DNA of 64,000 nt from Squalus acanthias (taxonomy: Eukaryota): positions 30,134,001-30,198,000 of the forward strand of contig CM059432.1 in NCBI GenBank assembly GCA_030390025.1, written 5' to 3'. The first letter of the stretch is position 1, and every line of letters begins with the position of its first letter. A model generated the notes under the pieces. That model was not told the origin of the DNA. It saw only the letters and a list, made by a program, of their open reading frames with translations, and ran no database searches. Shown in pieces: positions 36,639 to 51,114 of the stretch. The position numbers and the translations under genes were made by a program.

Positions 36639-36899
36639 CTGAAAAATAACATGCAAAAAGATTCCTTTTATCCGGTCCTTTTTTCCCCTCAAATTCTCCC
36701 TGCAACATGTACTTTGCAGAGATTTCCCTAGGCATCCAGTGCTTACATGTCTCTGGCTTATTCACTGTCCACTTAGGCTGAACCAAGTGGCATGTTCTGT
36801 TTGAGACTTAGCCAAGCTTTCAGCCCCACATCCAGTCCATCACCAAGACTACCTTCTTTCACCTCTGGAACATTACCCGCTTAAGTCCCTACCTCAACA

Positions 36900-38830
36900 C
36901 TACAACATCATCTTATATTTATATAGCGCCTTTAATGCAATTAAACATCCCAAGGCGCTTCACAGGAGCATTATCGAAAAAACCAAAATTTGACACCGAG
37001 CCATATAAGGAGATGTTAGGGCAGATGATCAAAAGCTTGGTCAAAGAGGTAGGTTTTAAGGAGAGTCTTAAAGGAGGAAAGAAAAGTGGAGAGGCGGAGA
37101 GATTTAGGGAGGGAATTACAGAGTTTAGGACCTAGGCAGCTGAAGGCACGACCACCAATGGTGGAGCATTTAAAATTGGGGATGTTCAAAAGTCCAGAAT
37201 AGGTGGAATGCAGAGGTCTAGGGGGATTATAGGGCTGGAGGAGATTACAGAGATAAGGAGGGGCAAGGCCATGGAGGTATTTAAAAACAAGGATGAGAAT
37301 TTAAAAATCGAGGCGTTGCTTAACTGGGAGCAAATGTAGGTCAGCGAGCACATGAGAGATGGGTGAGCGGGACTTGGTGCGAGTTAGCACATGGGCGGCA
37401 GAGTTTTGGTTGACCTCAAGTTTATGGAGGGTCGAACTAGGGAGGCCGGCCAGGAGTGCATTGGAATAGTCAAGTCTAGAGGTGATAAAGGCATGGATGA
37501 GGGTTTCAGCAGCAGATAAGTTGAGGTAAGGGTGGAGACGGACAATATTACAAAGGTGGAAATGGGGAGTCTGAGTGAAAGAACGGATATGAGGTAAGAA
37601 GCTCAATTTGTGATCAAATATGACACCAAGGTTGCGAACAATCTTGGTCAGCCTTAGACAGTTGCCGGGGAGAGAGATCGAATCAGTGGAAAGGGAAGGG
37701 AGTTTGTGGCGTGAAACAAAGACAATGGCTTCAGTCTTTCCGATATTTAATTGGAGGAAATTTCTACTCATCCAGTGCTGGATGTCGGATAAGCAGTCTG
37801 ATAGTATAGAGACGGTGGAGGATTCGAGAGAGGTGGAGGAGAGGTAGAGCTGGGTATCATCAGCATCTGTGAAAACTCAGGTTGTGTCGCCGGATGATGT
37901 CACTGAGGGGCAGCATGTAGATTAGAAATAGGAGGGGGCCAAGGATAGCTCCTTGGGGGACACCAGAGGTGATAGTGCGGGATCGGAAAGATAAGCCATT
38001 GCAGGTAATTCTATGGTTACGTTTGGAAAGATAGGAATTAAACCAGGCGAGTGCAGTCCCACCTAGCTTGATGACGGTGGAGAGGCGTTGGAGTAGAATT
38101 TTGTGGTCAACCGTGTCAAAGGCTGCAGACAGGTCCAGAAGGATGAGAAGGGATAGATTACTTTTGTCGTAGTCAATTAGGATGTCATTTGGACCTTGGT
38201 CAGAGCAGTTTCAGTACTGTGGCAGGAGTGGAAGCCTGATTGGAGGGATTCAACCAAGGAGTTCTGGGAAAGGTGGGCACGGATTTGGGAGGCGACAATA
38301 CGTTCAAGTACTTTGGAGAGGAAAGGGAGCTTGGAGATGGAGGCGATAGTTTGCAAGGATGGAGGGGTCGAGGGTTTTTTTTGGAGGAGAGGGGTGATGA
38401 CAGCAGATTTGAAGGAAAGGGGGACAACACCAGAGGAGAGAGAACTGTTAACAATATCCCCTAACATGGGAGCCAGGAAGGAAAGTTGGGTTGTCAGCAA
38501 TTTAGTAGGAATAGGGTCAAGAGAGCAGGAGGTCAGTCTTATTGACAAGATGAGCTTTGAAAGGGCAAGGGGGGAGATAGGAGAGAAATTAGAGAAATAT
38601 GCAAATTTAGGGTTAGGGCAGGGGGAAAACCAAGAGGAAATAAGGTTCAGTGGGCTAGGGGGAGGGAGGGAATTGAAAGCAGAAGCAGTTGGACGGATGC
38701 TGTTGATCTTTTTAACAAAGTCCAGGAACTCCTCACATTTATTGTTGGAGGTGAGGAAGGAGGAGGCAGGGGAGGGTGGTTTGAGAAGACAGTTAGTGGT
38801 GAAGAGAAGCCTGGTGTTATTTTTGCCATC
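36900..38830 (-). mobile_element. L2-clade LINE 3' portion
   Basis: SCSLDPIPTKLL, LQSGF..HSTETALTKV, LDLSAAFDTVDH, MSRNFLQLNIGKTE, SRLDYSNALLAGLP; tail with AAAGGCGCTATATAAAT. Confidence 0.9.
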
Positions 38831-40608
38831 TATTGCTCAAACAATCATATTGCCTTCATCACCTCAAGGGTTGCTCTCCTTGCCAGCCTTTCATCCCGTT
38901 TCCACCTTCACAAGCTTCAGCTATTCCACAAGTCTTCAGCTAAAGTCCTCTCCTGCACAAAGTTCCACACTACCATTACATTCTTCTTCACCAAGCTCTC
39001 CTGTCACCTGTATCCCAGTGAATTGATTTTAAGAACCTTGTGCTCGTCAAAGCCCCACAAGACTTCAGCCAACTTATTTGGATGATCTTCTCCAGCCTAT
39101 ATATCCCAGAGCACATCTGCTATTCCATGGATTCTGAATTACTGCCCATTTCCCACTCCACAAGAGGTCAATCTTTAAACAGTTATGCCTTTGTCCCTGA
39201 AATTCCCTTCTGAAATACACTTTACTTTGCTATCATGCTCTCCCTGCTTTGAAAGGACTCTTTAAAACCTCGCTCGTTTACCATGCCTTCAATCTCTCCC
39301 CTGTTATGTTCTTGCACTTCCCACTTGGTGTCCACCTCTTCACTTTGTAAAGTGCCCAGAGATATTCATTTATATGAGGAATGTTACATAAATGCAAGTT
39401 GCTGTTGTTATAGTTACTTGTTCCCAAGGCCCCGTCAACACCAGTCTATCAGCTGCCTGTTGGAGCACGAAAGGGGCTGGGGTGACCAGCACTCCCATTG
39501 TACCTCCTTTCTTTTGGGGGAAGGCTGCACACAATGGCGCAGTGAAAACATATTGGTATTTTTGTTTAAATCAGCTGCTTGGAGATGTTTTAGAGAGGGC
39601 TACAAGGAGCCTCATTTTTCCTCTCCATCCTCTTGGGGTGCAAGGAGTTGGAGAAGCTCTGTTTGTTGTCTTTAGTATCAGCCCAGGAGTTCACTAAGTG
39701 GGGAACACAAGGCTCAATGTGCATCAGTGCACCACACCACTGGATACTGAATTTTTGAAATGTGACAGCTGGAAATTTTGATTGTTTCCCTCTACCGCCC
39801 CCCCACACCCCATAATAGTTACACACAATACCTAGGATAAATCTAAACTTAAGAATCATTTTCTGACTTGCACAGTGCTTGTGTCTAGGTTAAATAATGT
39901 TATTTATTAACATTTGAGCCATACAGCTGGGGGGGATCCATATAAAGCACTGTAGTTTCTGGAGGCACAATCAGAAGGTTGGGAACTCGATCAAATATTG
40001 TTAGCCCACTGTACCCAAAAAAGCAATCATGTTTCCTAATTTATTGGAAAATTATATTTATATTGACAATAAAATTATCTGCAAGCCAGGGCCATGACAA
40101 GTTTTGCCTGATTGGCTATTTTGCTTGCCTGGATGAATAATGAGTAGATACCCTGCCCGTACCTGCTTCATGACTCATACCTCCTAGCTTGCTTTACGTT
40201 GTAGATGCCCCTCCATGACCTTACCCTCACTCCAATGCTGCTGCATGTGCACCAAGCAAGTGTGGGTAAATACTATATTTATAATATTAGGAATGTTACG
40301 TTTGTGTGCACTTCCCATCAACTTTACAATAGAACATACCTTTGTAAACTTGTAATTACAGCACCCCCAAGTAGAGGCGCGGCACATAGGCAGTTTCTCC
40401 ATTATAAATGTGAACATTGGAATTGTAAATTCCTATTATCCCGTGCCCTTCAACCCCACTTCACCCAATGACTATACTCGGTCTTGTGTTCCTGTGTTCA
40501 ATGCCAATCAAGATTGCATAGTATTAAAATATTTTCCCTTAATGTCATCAAACATTACATATACACATTAATCACCAAACAACTGCATCTGATTGTCATA
40601 ATACTTAC

Positions 40609-40765
40609 TTATATGGTCGCACAGTGCAACTGCTGCAAAATAGTGAGAAACAGCTTTGAAATACTCGGATTTGACCTGAACCATTGTTGTCCAAGAGAAC
40701 GGAACGTAGTCTTTCACTGGGGGCTGCGTCATTGTCTGATAGACCAAGGAGTACACGTCTGCCAC
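40609..40765 (-). CDS. RHPN1: RHPN1 exon (VADVYSLVYQTMTQPPVKDYVPFSW...ALCDHI)
   Basis: tgtgtag| acceptor, A|gtaagt donor, 157 nt, in phase with neighbours. Confidence 0.94.
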
Positions 40766-40980
40766 CTACACAGCATTAAAATAATGATTCAGGACACCAA
40801 AATCAACTCTATGTTACTGGAATTACAGCAATTGCACCAATCATGCTGCTTCTATAAAGTGGTAGCAATGTGGTCCCTGCCTGTGGATTTCCCCAAAATG
40901 TGCACACTGGAAGTTGTCAGATCGAGATGCTAAGCAAAGGCTAAGCATAGGCAAATCCCCACCTGCTCTCAGCTGTCCTC

Positions 40981-42229
40981 AAATGCCTAACAAATTTGAT
41001 TGAATTCTTTGAGGAGGTAACTAAGTGTGTAGATGAAGGTAGAGCAGTTGATGTCGTATACATGGATTTTAGTAAGGCGTTTGATAAGGTTCCCCATGGT
41101 CGTCTCATGAAGAAAGTAAGGAGTTGTGGGATAGAGGGAAATTTGGCCGATTGGATAAGTAACTGGCTATCTCATAGAAGGCAGAGGGTGGTGGTGGATG
41201 GAACATTTTCGGACTGGAGACCAGTTACCAGCGGTGTGCCACAGGGGTCGGTGCTGGGTCCTCTGCTGTTTGTGATTTTTATCAATGACTTGGAGGAGGG
41301 GACTGAAGGGTGGATCAGTAAATTTGCTGATGACACCAAGATTGGTGGAGCAGTGGATGAGGTGGAGGGCAGTTGTAGGCTGCAAAGAGACATTGATAGG
41401 ATGCAGAGCTGGGCCGAAAAATGGCAGATGGAATTTAACCCTGATAAGTGCGAGGTGATTCATTTTGGTAGGGCAAATTTGAATAAGGATTACAGGGTCA
41501 ACGGCAGGGTTCTGAGGAACGTGGAGGAGCAGAGGGATCTGGGGGTTCATATCCACAGATCTCTGAAGGTTGCCACTCAAGTGAATAGAGCAGTAAAGAA
41601 GGCCTATGGTGTGTTGGCGTTTATTAACAGAGGGTTTGAGTTTAAGAACCGTGAGGTTATGCTGCAACTGTACAGGACCTTGGTGAGACCACATTTGGAA
41701 TATTGTGTGCAGTTCTGGTCACCTCACTATAGGAAGGACGTGGAAGCATTGGAAAGAGTGCAAAGGAGATTTACCAGGATGCTGCCTGGTTTGGGGGGGA
41801 GGTCTTATGAGGAAAGATTGAGGGAGTTGGGGCTTTTCTCTTTAGAGCGGAGGAGGATGAGAGGCGACTTAATAGAGGTTTATAAGATGATGAGGGGGAT
41901 AGATAGAGTGGATGTTCAGAGACTATTTCCTCGGGTAGAGGCAGCTGTTACAAGGGGGCATAACTATAAGGTGCATGGGGGGAGATATAGAAGGGATGTC
42001 CGAGGTAGATTCTTTACTCAGAGAGTGGTTGGTGTGTGGAATGGACTGCCTGCTGTGATAGTGGAGTCGGACACTTTAGGAACTTTCAAGCGGTTATTGG
42101 ATAAGCACATGGAGCACACCAGAGTGATAGGGAGTGTGATAGCTTGATCTTGGTCTCGGACAATGCTCGGCACAACATCGAGGGCCGAAGGGCCTGTACT
42201 GTGCTGTACTGTTCTATGTTCTATGTTCT
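40981..42229 (+). mobile_element. CR1 LINE, 5'-truncated, with uninterrupted RT C-terminal ORF and (GTTCTAT)n tail
   Basis: ORF 40996-42147: [31 protein letters not shown]; 3' UTR and terminal GTTCTAT repeats. Confidence 0.95.
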
Positions 42230-42609
42230 AATGTCTTCTGGTAACATGTCACAGAGTAGTACTACCAAGTTCACTCAACTCAGCCAAGGTACTACAACTG
42301 GCCTCAGCAACCTTGTGCTAAGAAGGAGAAGGGGGAAAAAAAATCAGCCAAGGTTTCTGCTCTTGATCATCATGCTACTGGAAAGCGCATGTGTGTGTAA
42401 GAGCAAGATCAGATCTGAAGGTAATGCCCTCTACTTTCGAATAGTTATTACACTCACAGGTCTTCCGGATGGCTTTCTTTTTTGGGTGGTTGCCGCTAGT
42501 CATGTGAGACCTGCACATTGGGAGCTGGGAGCACCAGTGTAGCAAAAAACAATCTAAAAAGGTAATGATTTCATGTCCGCCACTAGGCAGATCACCTACT
42601 AATACATTT

Positions 42610-42967
42610 CATAGAATCATAGAAAGTTACAGCACGGAAGGAGGCCATTTCGGCCCATTGTGTCCGCGCCGGCCAACAAAGCTATCCAGCCTAAACCCAC
42701 TTCCCAGCTCTAGGTCCGTAGCCCTGCAGGTTACAGCATCCCAAGTGCACATCCAAGTACTTTTTAAATGTGGTTAGGGTTTCTGCCTCTACCACCCTTT
42801 CAGGCAGTGAATTCCAGACCCCCACAACCCTCTGGGTGAAGACATTTCCCCTCAAATCCCCTCTAAACCTTCCACCAATTACTTTAAATCTGTGCCCCCT
42901 GGTTTTTGACCCCTCTGCGAAGGGAAATAGGTCCTTTCGATCCACTTTATCTGGGCCCCTCAATTTA
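42610..42967 (-). mobile_element. CR1 LINE 3' end
   Basis: TRGHRFK..FTQRVVGVWNSLP; ATTCTATG tail. Confidence 0.88.
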
Positions 42968-43498
42968 TTGAACAAGTAACTTTTTAAAGAGAATTCTGAT
43001 CTCATTGACACCATTTGAAAGGAGACACTTTTGGGAGTCCCATACTTGGATCAGGTAAATAGCCTCCACCGCTTATAGCGGGCACGTTGGTGATAACGCA
43101 ATTTGCCCGCTATACGTGATAAAAGCAAAAAATGAAGCAATCAACATATTTTTAAAGAAACAGTAAGTCTCCACCTAGCAACTGCCTCTCCTAATTGTTA
43201 GCAGTTGCATGCAGAATCTCATCGCAAAGGCAATCGCACTTTAACCAGGTGTGAACAGCTGACTGAAACTACTTGAAAACCCGATTTACCTGAAATCAGT
43301 AGAGACCTTTGAGTCAGTAAGTACAGGGTAATGACTTATTGAACTTCCTGAAATAGTCGGCTTTAATAGGTTATCAGTGGCACCTTTGTAATTGACTCCT
43401 ATGTAATGGCAAATGGTTAGTGCCATTTTCCCAATATAAGCATAGATGGTGTAAGTGGTGGGAATGTATCTATGTGACTATTATTTTACATCTCTTAC

Positions 43499-43686
43499 CC
43501 TTGCAGCTTCCTGTGCGCTCTGTAGCTGTATCAAGAACTCATCCTTAACTCCCGCCACCATCACATTTTCAAAGACGCATTCCTGTACCTGTGCGATCAT
43601 CAGACGCACTAGCATGTTGAGGGATGGTGTGCTCATGTCAAGGCTTGGTGCGTTGGAGAAATTTTCTTTCAAGTAGTTCAAAGCAC
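43499..43686 (-). CDS. RHPN1: RHPN1 exon (GALNYLKENFSNAPSLDMS...AQVQECVFE...AQEAAR)
   Basis: caccag| acceptor, AGG|gtaaga donor, 188 nt; BRO1 AQxQEC motif. Confidence 0.95.
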
Positions 43687-46659
43687 CTGGTGAGGATGGA
43701 CAGGATACATTTGCACTATAACTACAAAACACAGCAAAAGCCTTGTGTAACATATGCAATGTTTAGCATACATGATAGAGGGTCCTTGGAGGAAAAAAAG
43801 AATGTGTAAATCTGCATTAATACAATGCTCATCATGTCCTCAGCATATCCTAAAATGCTTCACATCCAATTAATTGAAGTCACGGTTATGTAGGCAAATG
43901 TGGTAGCCAATTTGTTCACAAGGTCCCAGAAACAACAAACAAGATGAATAACCAGTTAAACTGTATTTTCTTTGGTGGTGATGGTGGAGAGAGGAATGCT
44001 GTCCAGATCACCAAGATCTCCCACTCTTAACCATAGAACCACAGAGGCACAAGTGGCAGCTATTTGGCCAATCAAGCATCTGCCAACGCTTCGTTATCTC
44101 CCCACAGTCTTCCTCTGCTTCAAGTGTTTATCCACTTTTCCCTTAAAAGATGCTTTGGTCTCTAACAAAGCATGCCATGCTCTTAAGCTCTTTGCGTTTG
44201 GAGCACCTTGGACAATTCAGCACTGCCTCAGTACTGCAATAAGTGTCAGCTTGGATTAGGTGCTTGTTAAGTCCTGGAGTGCAATTTGAATCCACAACCT
44301 TTGCTATCAACTGAATCAAGCTGAGATGCCTTCTAAATTTGTGTTCTACACTCCTTTTCTGAAGGCTCTAACTCTTGCTGTAGTATGGTTCCAGGGGTGC
44401 CTTCAGACCTCCATAACCTCACCTGGAAGTTAAGCATCAACAGGCCCAGCTGACCTTGGAAGCCATCAATCTGCATAAAGAGAACAGATGGAAGCCAACT
44501 CCAAAAGAGGCACTTTGGAGGGAAAGCCATTCTAAATTCTGTTCTTAGCTGACTGCCACACAATGACACTTTTCAGCAGAAGTTATCGAATAACGATCAG
44601 AAGTACGAATCCTCACTGATTTTCCCCCTCTCTGGCTCAGGTGCGACGGAGGAAATTGCAACACCAAACTGCTATCCTGGCTGAGATTAGCCAACTCTAC
44701 ACAGACAAGAGAATGAATTTAGGATCATAGTGATCCAAGTGACTCAGGACCATGCCAAATGTTTTGACTATAATTAAGGTTTCTGTTTCTAATAGCTATT
44801 TGGTGACCCCTGCTAGAAAGTGCAGTTTTGTTGTAGTTTCCTGAAAATAGGATTTGTTCGGTACCTCTTTTTAAATTGGCTTTGATCTACTCTTACTGCA
44901 TATTTTTTCACCCTCCTTTGGGAAGTGGCAGCACATTAACATGAGGAACTTAATGTATGTGAACCTACATCTAACAAATACATGACATGGTATATTTAGG
45001 TTTGAATATACAGGTATAGCAGCAGCAACTTCCCAAATCAGGACCTCACTCAATTTTGAAGACCCCTGCAGCTGACTTGCCCATTGAACCTCAATGTCAG
45101 TACTTAAACATGAAATGTGGTCACTTGGACAAAGTACAAGGAGGTCCCAAGCTGACACGTGAAGTATGGCCAGCTGGGTGAGGTATTGATGGCAGCGGTC
45201 ACTCATGTAATCGTATTCCAGCCAGTCACTGCACAAGAGAAGATATTTAAAAATAAAAAACACATTTTCCCTTTCCCTTAATGAATATTAGATGTCCTCA
45301 AAAGTTCAAGAAAAGTGTGCTAATAAGTTTTGCAGACTTTAAAATTATTTATTTTCAAACCCTTTTGAATTTCCTGTTACTACAACAGTGCTTGTGGTAG
45401 CCGTGCTGCAAAATCCAGATCAAATTAGCTGTAGTAGGTGCTTTTAGCAAATAGTAAGTGGAGACAAAGAACAAAAGCAGTTCATGATAGACCTCTCGGG
45501 GGACCAGTCCCACCTTCTATGACACACAATAGATGCCACATTCAGGGATTCCTTTTGTTCAACATTTCTACACCTTGAAGTCTAAGATATGGAAAAGCCG
45601 TGTAACTCAAATCATTACAGCAATGGAAAAGTGAAAAAAGAAATGAACAAAGTAGTATATCTACGGGTCTAAGCTTACAACTGAGCTACATTAATGCCAT
45701 TCTAAGGTTTAAATCCAGATCTCCAATCCTTTGAACCAGCAAAGGTTTTACTCAGTGATTCCTTGGGTTAGCTCCAAGGAATATCATAAATTGTTCCTAA
45801 AATTATATTTGTAATCACTGGTCTTAGAACAACATTGGGGTAAAATTTCCTTCCGAATGGGCTTCAAGCAGGAGGCCTAGGCCTCATTAGCCCCAGAACA
45901 ACAGCTCCAGGCAGAAAGACCGCCCCGGGGAATCCCACCGGCTCTGGGCCGCTGCAATATCAGGGGCCCAGCTAGCTTCCAGGTGGAAGGTAGGTAGGTC
46001 CGTGGAAGGGGTATGCTGGACTTTGTACATTGATTGTCTGACATGTTGCCACTTTTGTTAACAGGAAGAAGAGTACAAACAGCTGAAGCTGATGATAAAC
46101 CAATTCCACACACAAGTTCATGATCTTACTTGCATTTATTTTCCCTCAGGTTGCATTGATAGGTGACCTGTTCCCAGGCCTCAGGACTTCTGTTCCTCAC
46201 TTGGCGCCCAGTGGAGGCAACTCTAACATTTTCCTTCTCACTGGTACCTTCCCACAACAGCTTGCCGAAGGCTCAATTGGAAATTCAATGGCATGAATTC
46301 AATGCCACTATAGAAAATTCTACCACAGCAGCTGCAAGACCCAATGCAAAATGTGTATGGATCTCACATTTCAGGAGCCAAATAAAAGTTATTAGTTAGT
46401 TATCAGGTGCCAACATCAAACAAAATAAAGCCTGGAATTGAGGACAAGGAAGTTGAAATAAGAGTGATTCTGAGAACAGCAGAGGTTGGTAAGTATCATT
46501 TTGTTGTGGCACATATATTATCTTAGCGAAATTCATGGCTCATTGATTGGCACTTAGCATGAAATGTTATTCCTGATACCTAGGCTAAATTTTCATTTCA
46601 ACTGCCCGTACTGTTGACCGAACAAAGATTATTATTCCATCAATCCAATTCAAACCTAC

Positions 46660-46826
46660 CTGCAGCCTTTTGGAAAGCATCAATAGCATGGTCGATGCCC
46701 GCCTTGGTGGTTCGGTCCTGCCGTGCACCAATCTGCGTATATAGTGCACCAATGTTGAAGAGTACACTTCCCTTTTCAAAAGCTAGAGCCCGCTGGTAGG
46801 AAGGAACGCCAGTCAAAGAGTCATAC
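46660..46826 (-). CDS. RHPN1: RHPN1 exon (YDSLTGVPSYQRALAFEKGSVLFNIGALYTQIG...FQKAAG)
   Basis: gacag| acceptor, G|gtaggt donor, 167 nt; RALAFEKGSVLFNIGAL is RHPN1-type rather than RHPN2-type as I recall the paralogs. Confidence 0.95.
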
Positions 46827-47965
46827 CTGTCAAAAAGTTGGGGAGGAGAATAGGGAAAAAAATGGGTTAACAGATCCTTTGATCTGCAGGAAACATTGAA
46901 CTGCAAAGTCAATCCAGATGAAGTGTTTCTGTTTGGGTCTGCATTAGATATTCTCTCGGGTACAGTGGTGTTGGTCGCACCAGTGCCGAGTGCCTTACAT
47001 TTAGGAGTGTGGTTGTACTCCTAAATATCTAATTATACGATAGTGTAACCTGGGGATGAAACAACATGAACCCCTTGTGATCTGAACTGGATATCATGTC
47101 TTTCACATGTGCCCTCACATGCACTTCTTTCAGTAGGCAGACTGAAAAATAGGCTGTTTACTTTAGAGACAACAAGTGAACAAACAAAGTAACAGTTGTA
47201 AAGAAACCTTACCTTTTTTACTAAAATTTTATTTCTCTCCTTGAAAAATTTGAAAAATAAACCATGCACCTGTCCTTCTTGTGAGCTAATTTACTTGTAT
47301 TTTGGAATTACCTTTCTTTCTAGACAACTTCTGACTGCATAATCTGACCTCCTGCATCATTACTTCCAGCATGAGGCCAAGGCCTGCCCCTCACTGTTTC
47401 GGTTTAAACCCGAAAGACTGCCCATGTATTTTTTCTCCTCTGCAATTATAGGAAATGGAAGAATGGTGCCTCCAACTCCTTCTCCACTGGCCCTAGTAGG
47501 CCAGTCAACTAAAACGACTACTCCCCCCAAGAGTATATTCTCAGCAGATATCTTATGCCAGGCTCACCTGAATAGATTCATTCCCACTATAATAGGTGTG
47601 GCTGTTTATTACGCTGGCTCAGATGAGATAACGAACTGCTTAATGTTCTTAGTCATTGTGGAAATCTCTATAATTAACACCTCAATTTCTCCTCTGCCTC
47701 AAAGGCTGCATCTTCTGTTTGTTTTTAAACCTCTGCTAATTTACTTTATTTTAAAACACACCATTTAAACATAACTCATTCCCAAATTTTTTTCAGTGAA
47801 AAAAATGATTAAAAATGTAAAAATGTGACTGGTTCCCTTAGCCACAAATGATTTCCATCATGATGTAAATCCTCACGTCACTTACACAGCAAAATGGTGA
47901 CCCCTTTAATTCTACAGGTTTTGTGCTACAGTTTTCCATACCCCAGGTTTGAAGTAAAAGACTTG

Positions 47966-48843
47966 GGGGGAGAAATTCAGTATCGCCCCATTTGGGGCGC
48001 GATTATCGGCTGGGCGCAAAGTTTAGCGCCTGGCGTTAATTATCGCCTCTGACTGCAAACTTGGCTTTTATCGCCCCTGGAGGTGATTGGAGCACTAAAT
48101 CAGGCGCTGCACACCTGTCTTAAGGCGCAAAGGCTGAGGAGTAAGGCGCTAACTCAGAGCGCGGGCGCAGCGCAGGTGATGTCAGTTAGCGATAGAACAC
48201 AGACACACTGCCGCTGGCCAGTTCTTAGAGAGGGTCGATCTTGCTCTCCATCCACACCTTGCTCATTGCAGCCTTGAATCTCAGCCTGGAGAGACCTGTA
48301 CATCAAATCTGCTGGAAAGAACAATGGAGAGACCCAGGGAAAGATGTCAGAGTGCAGCCCCCATAGTCTCTTCTAAATTGATGCAAGGAAGATCAAATCA
48401 AAATGAACCTGCAAAGTCCTGCTCAGTACCCAAAACTCCTCAACACAGCGTTGAATATCTCCAGAAGTCAGTCTCTCTCACTCAGAATGCGTGGTGCAAA
48501 AATGTCGCTGAAAAAAAAAGGCAGGAACCGGTCGCCTTTAAATAGCGCTCCCCCAGTCCCTTCCCGACTGCAAAACGCTCCCCTCAACCTGTCGTTGCTA
48601 GCGGCAGGCGGTAAGGCAGGGGGCGCCACTCAATATCCGGTCCGGGGCGCTACACGCTCAACTGACGTCACGATCTGCGGGCGCAGGAGATTGGGGCGGT
48701 AGTGTTTAACTCCGCCGCAAAATGTCTGGTTAATTTTGCGAGCGGCGCAAACATTGCCGCGCCTGGGCGCTAGTTGCTTTGCGCCCCATTAGCGCCCTCT
48801 TAAGGCGCTAACGGGAGGTGCAAACCAACCAAATTTTCCCCCC
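47966..48843. mobile_element. GC-rich Harbinger-like element, inverted relative to 31034
   Basis: GGGGGAGAAATT...AATTTTCCCCCC ends, TTG flanks; right end is the reverse complement of the 31034 left end. Confidence 0.72.
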
Positions 48844-50695
48844 TTGTACTATTATAATGCCTCTTAGAAATATCTCAAAGCTCAGCACCATTTCAATTCA
48901 TTAGTGAATTACTGTGACATGTAGTGATTTGTTATGTAGGCAGAAGCAACATACATTTTGTACACAATAAGATCATACAAGCAACAATAAAATGAATGGT
49001 CAATTAATCTATTTTTGGTAGCATTAGTTGAAAGAGGAATGTCAGTCATGAGAATGGGAAACTCCCCAACATTCTTCAATAGTGGATTGGAATCTTTAAC
49101 ATCTACCTAAATATGCAGATGGGAACAAGGTTTAATGCTTCATCTAAAAGATGACATCTCTAGCAATGCAGCAATCTCTCAGGACTACATTGGAATGTCC
49201 ACCTGGATAATGTACTGATGCCCCATAACAAGGCTTTAATCCACAATATTCTGACTGAGGCAAGAGTGCTCCTAACTGATACAAACAGATTCAAATAGCC
49301 ACCAGCTGATAAAGCCAAGAGTCAGCCAGACTTGAAACTCAAAACGATCATCAATTTTGACTGGGAATGAGGAAGGCAGGTAATGGTAGAAGCCGAGTAG
49401 GGCCAAAGCAAATTGGAAATAAGTCAATACAAGAAAGGAAAGTGAAGGATCAACTCAAGAAAAAAAATGTAAAAGGAGGAGGTAAGGTAGCTCAGTATAC
49501 TGCAAACATGTGGTGAGCTACACTAGGCCTTTCTTACAGCCACCCGTCCTCTGCCTGGGATTTCAGATGTAAAATAGTGCACAGCCAGGCTCGAGTGGAA
49601 GCACATGGCCAGGCTAGAGAGGAAGAAGAAAAAGTGTACAACTGCACTGTATTTTATAGTGTAGAATATCAAAGTAGTATTCAGTGAAAAATGTCAGTTC
49701 CCTGAACCAGCCTTTCACAAGAGAAGTTCTCCACAAACAAATCTTGTGTTAGACTGGTCTCTGTTTTAATGTTGGTAACTACTTTAAAACTACATCAAGC
49801 ACAACAGGTGTGTAGGATGTTGGACTCTCAAAGCACTGAGCAATAAAGTGCTGGAACATAGGTTAAGAGTTGAATCCTTCCATATGCTGAGTTCCTAGTC
49901 TCGTCATGTGGATGTGCCAGGCAGAGGCCAAGCACTTTTTACATATAGGCAGGGGGAATGTTAAAAAAAACTTGAGGAACAGAGTCCAGGCTACTCTGAC
50001 TTGGCACTGGTACAGGCCTGGGGAAAGCTCATTTTGCCCACGTAGCCAGATATGGATGGGTGAAAGAAAAGTATGACTTTTGTAAAATGATTTGTATTAG
50101 CTTTTGACAGTCTGATGGAATGTTATGTATAACATGACTCCCACAGCTCCACTTAGCTGTCTCATGTGATAAGCAATGCAAAGCAGGGAACAGAAAAACC
50201 ACAGGACAGACTCTACATTATGTTGGGTGATTTTTTTGATGTAAAGGCAGGCCCTCTCATAGCTCATTTGCTGTTGAATCCTACTGGCCAATGAAACTAC
50301 ATCTTGTCCAGTTCTTGCACACATGTCAATGCTCTTGGAAGAAAGCCCCCTTGTTAGTTCAGCCAGTAGAGACAATAAATGTTTACTTCCCCCAGTCTGA
50401 TGGCTCACATACATAAGCATTTCAAAGAAGGATTGCCTAGGATTGTGCAATGAGAATATTCAGTGTTTTTTTTTTATTCGTTCATGGGATGTGGGTGTCT
50501 GGCAAGGCCAGCATTTATTGCCCATCCCTAGTTGTCCTCGAGAAGGTGGTGGTGAGCCGCCTTCTTGGAACCGCTGCAGTCCGTGTGGTGAAGGTACTCC
50601 CACAGTGCTGTTAGGGAGGGAGTTCATCAGCCATTCCCATTAGAAACGGTTTACGCACATTGCTACAAACGATATGCAAAGAATAGGATACTTAC

Positions 50696-50820
50696 CAATG
50701 AAAAAAGATACCCATGTTTTTATTGGGTGGGAAAAATCGGTTATCAATGAAGTAAAGCTGGTTGTAGTATTCCATAAGAAGCTCGATCCCAGCATCGTTC
50801 CTGGTTGGAGTTCGCATTGC
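50696..50820 (-). CDS. RHPN1: RHPN1 exon (AMRTPTRNDAGIELLMEYYNQLYFIDNRFFPPNKNMGIFFHW)
   Basis: cttcag| acceptor, TG|gtaagt donor, 125 nt; BRO1 YYNQL motif. Confidence 0.95.
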
Positions 50821-51114
50821 CTGAAGTGAAGAAAATGTTATCATTAAGTCTGGTGAATAAATTTAAAATTTCTCGGGGTTAATAGGCAACTGTGCACTGG
50901 AGTTCTAGCACACATAAGCATGGTGTGTGGAGCTTGGATTCATACCTGTAATTCCCCATAAGATGCATTATTGAACAAACAGCAAGTCCCAGAGGAAGGG
51001 AAATGTCATGGAACAGTCAGCTCAGAACCCTTTCACACACTTCCTGGCAGTCATTATTGAAAAGCACTGGCAGAGGACCAGAAGCAGGTCATCTGCCTAA
51101 CCTCCGGGCCATGG

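Noticed and set aside
38196..39026. 276-aa plus-strand ORF
   Set aside because: Mostly the antisense frame of an L2 reverse transcriptase fragment.
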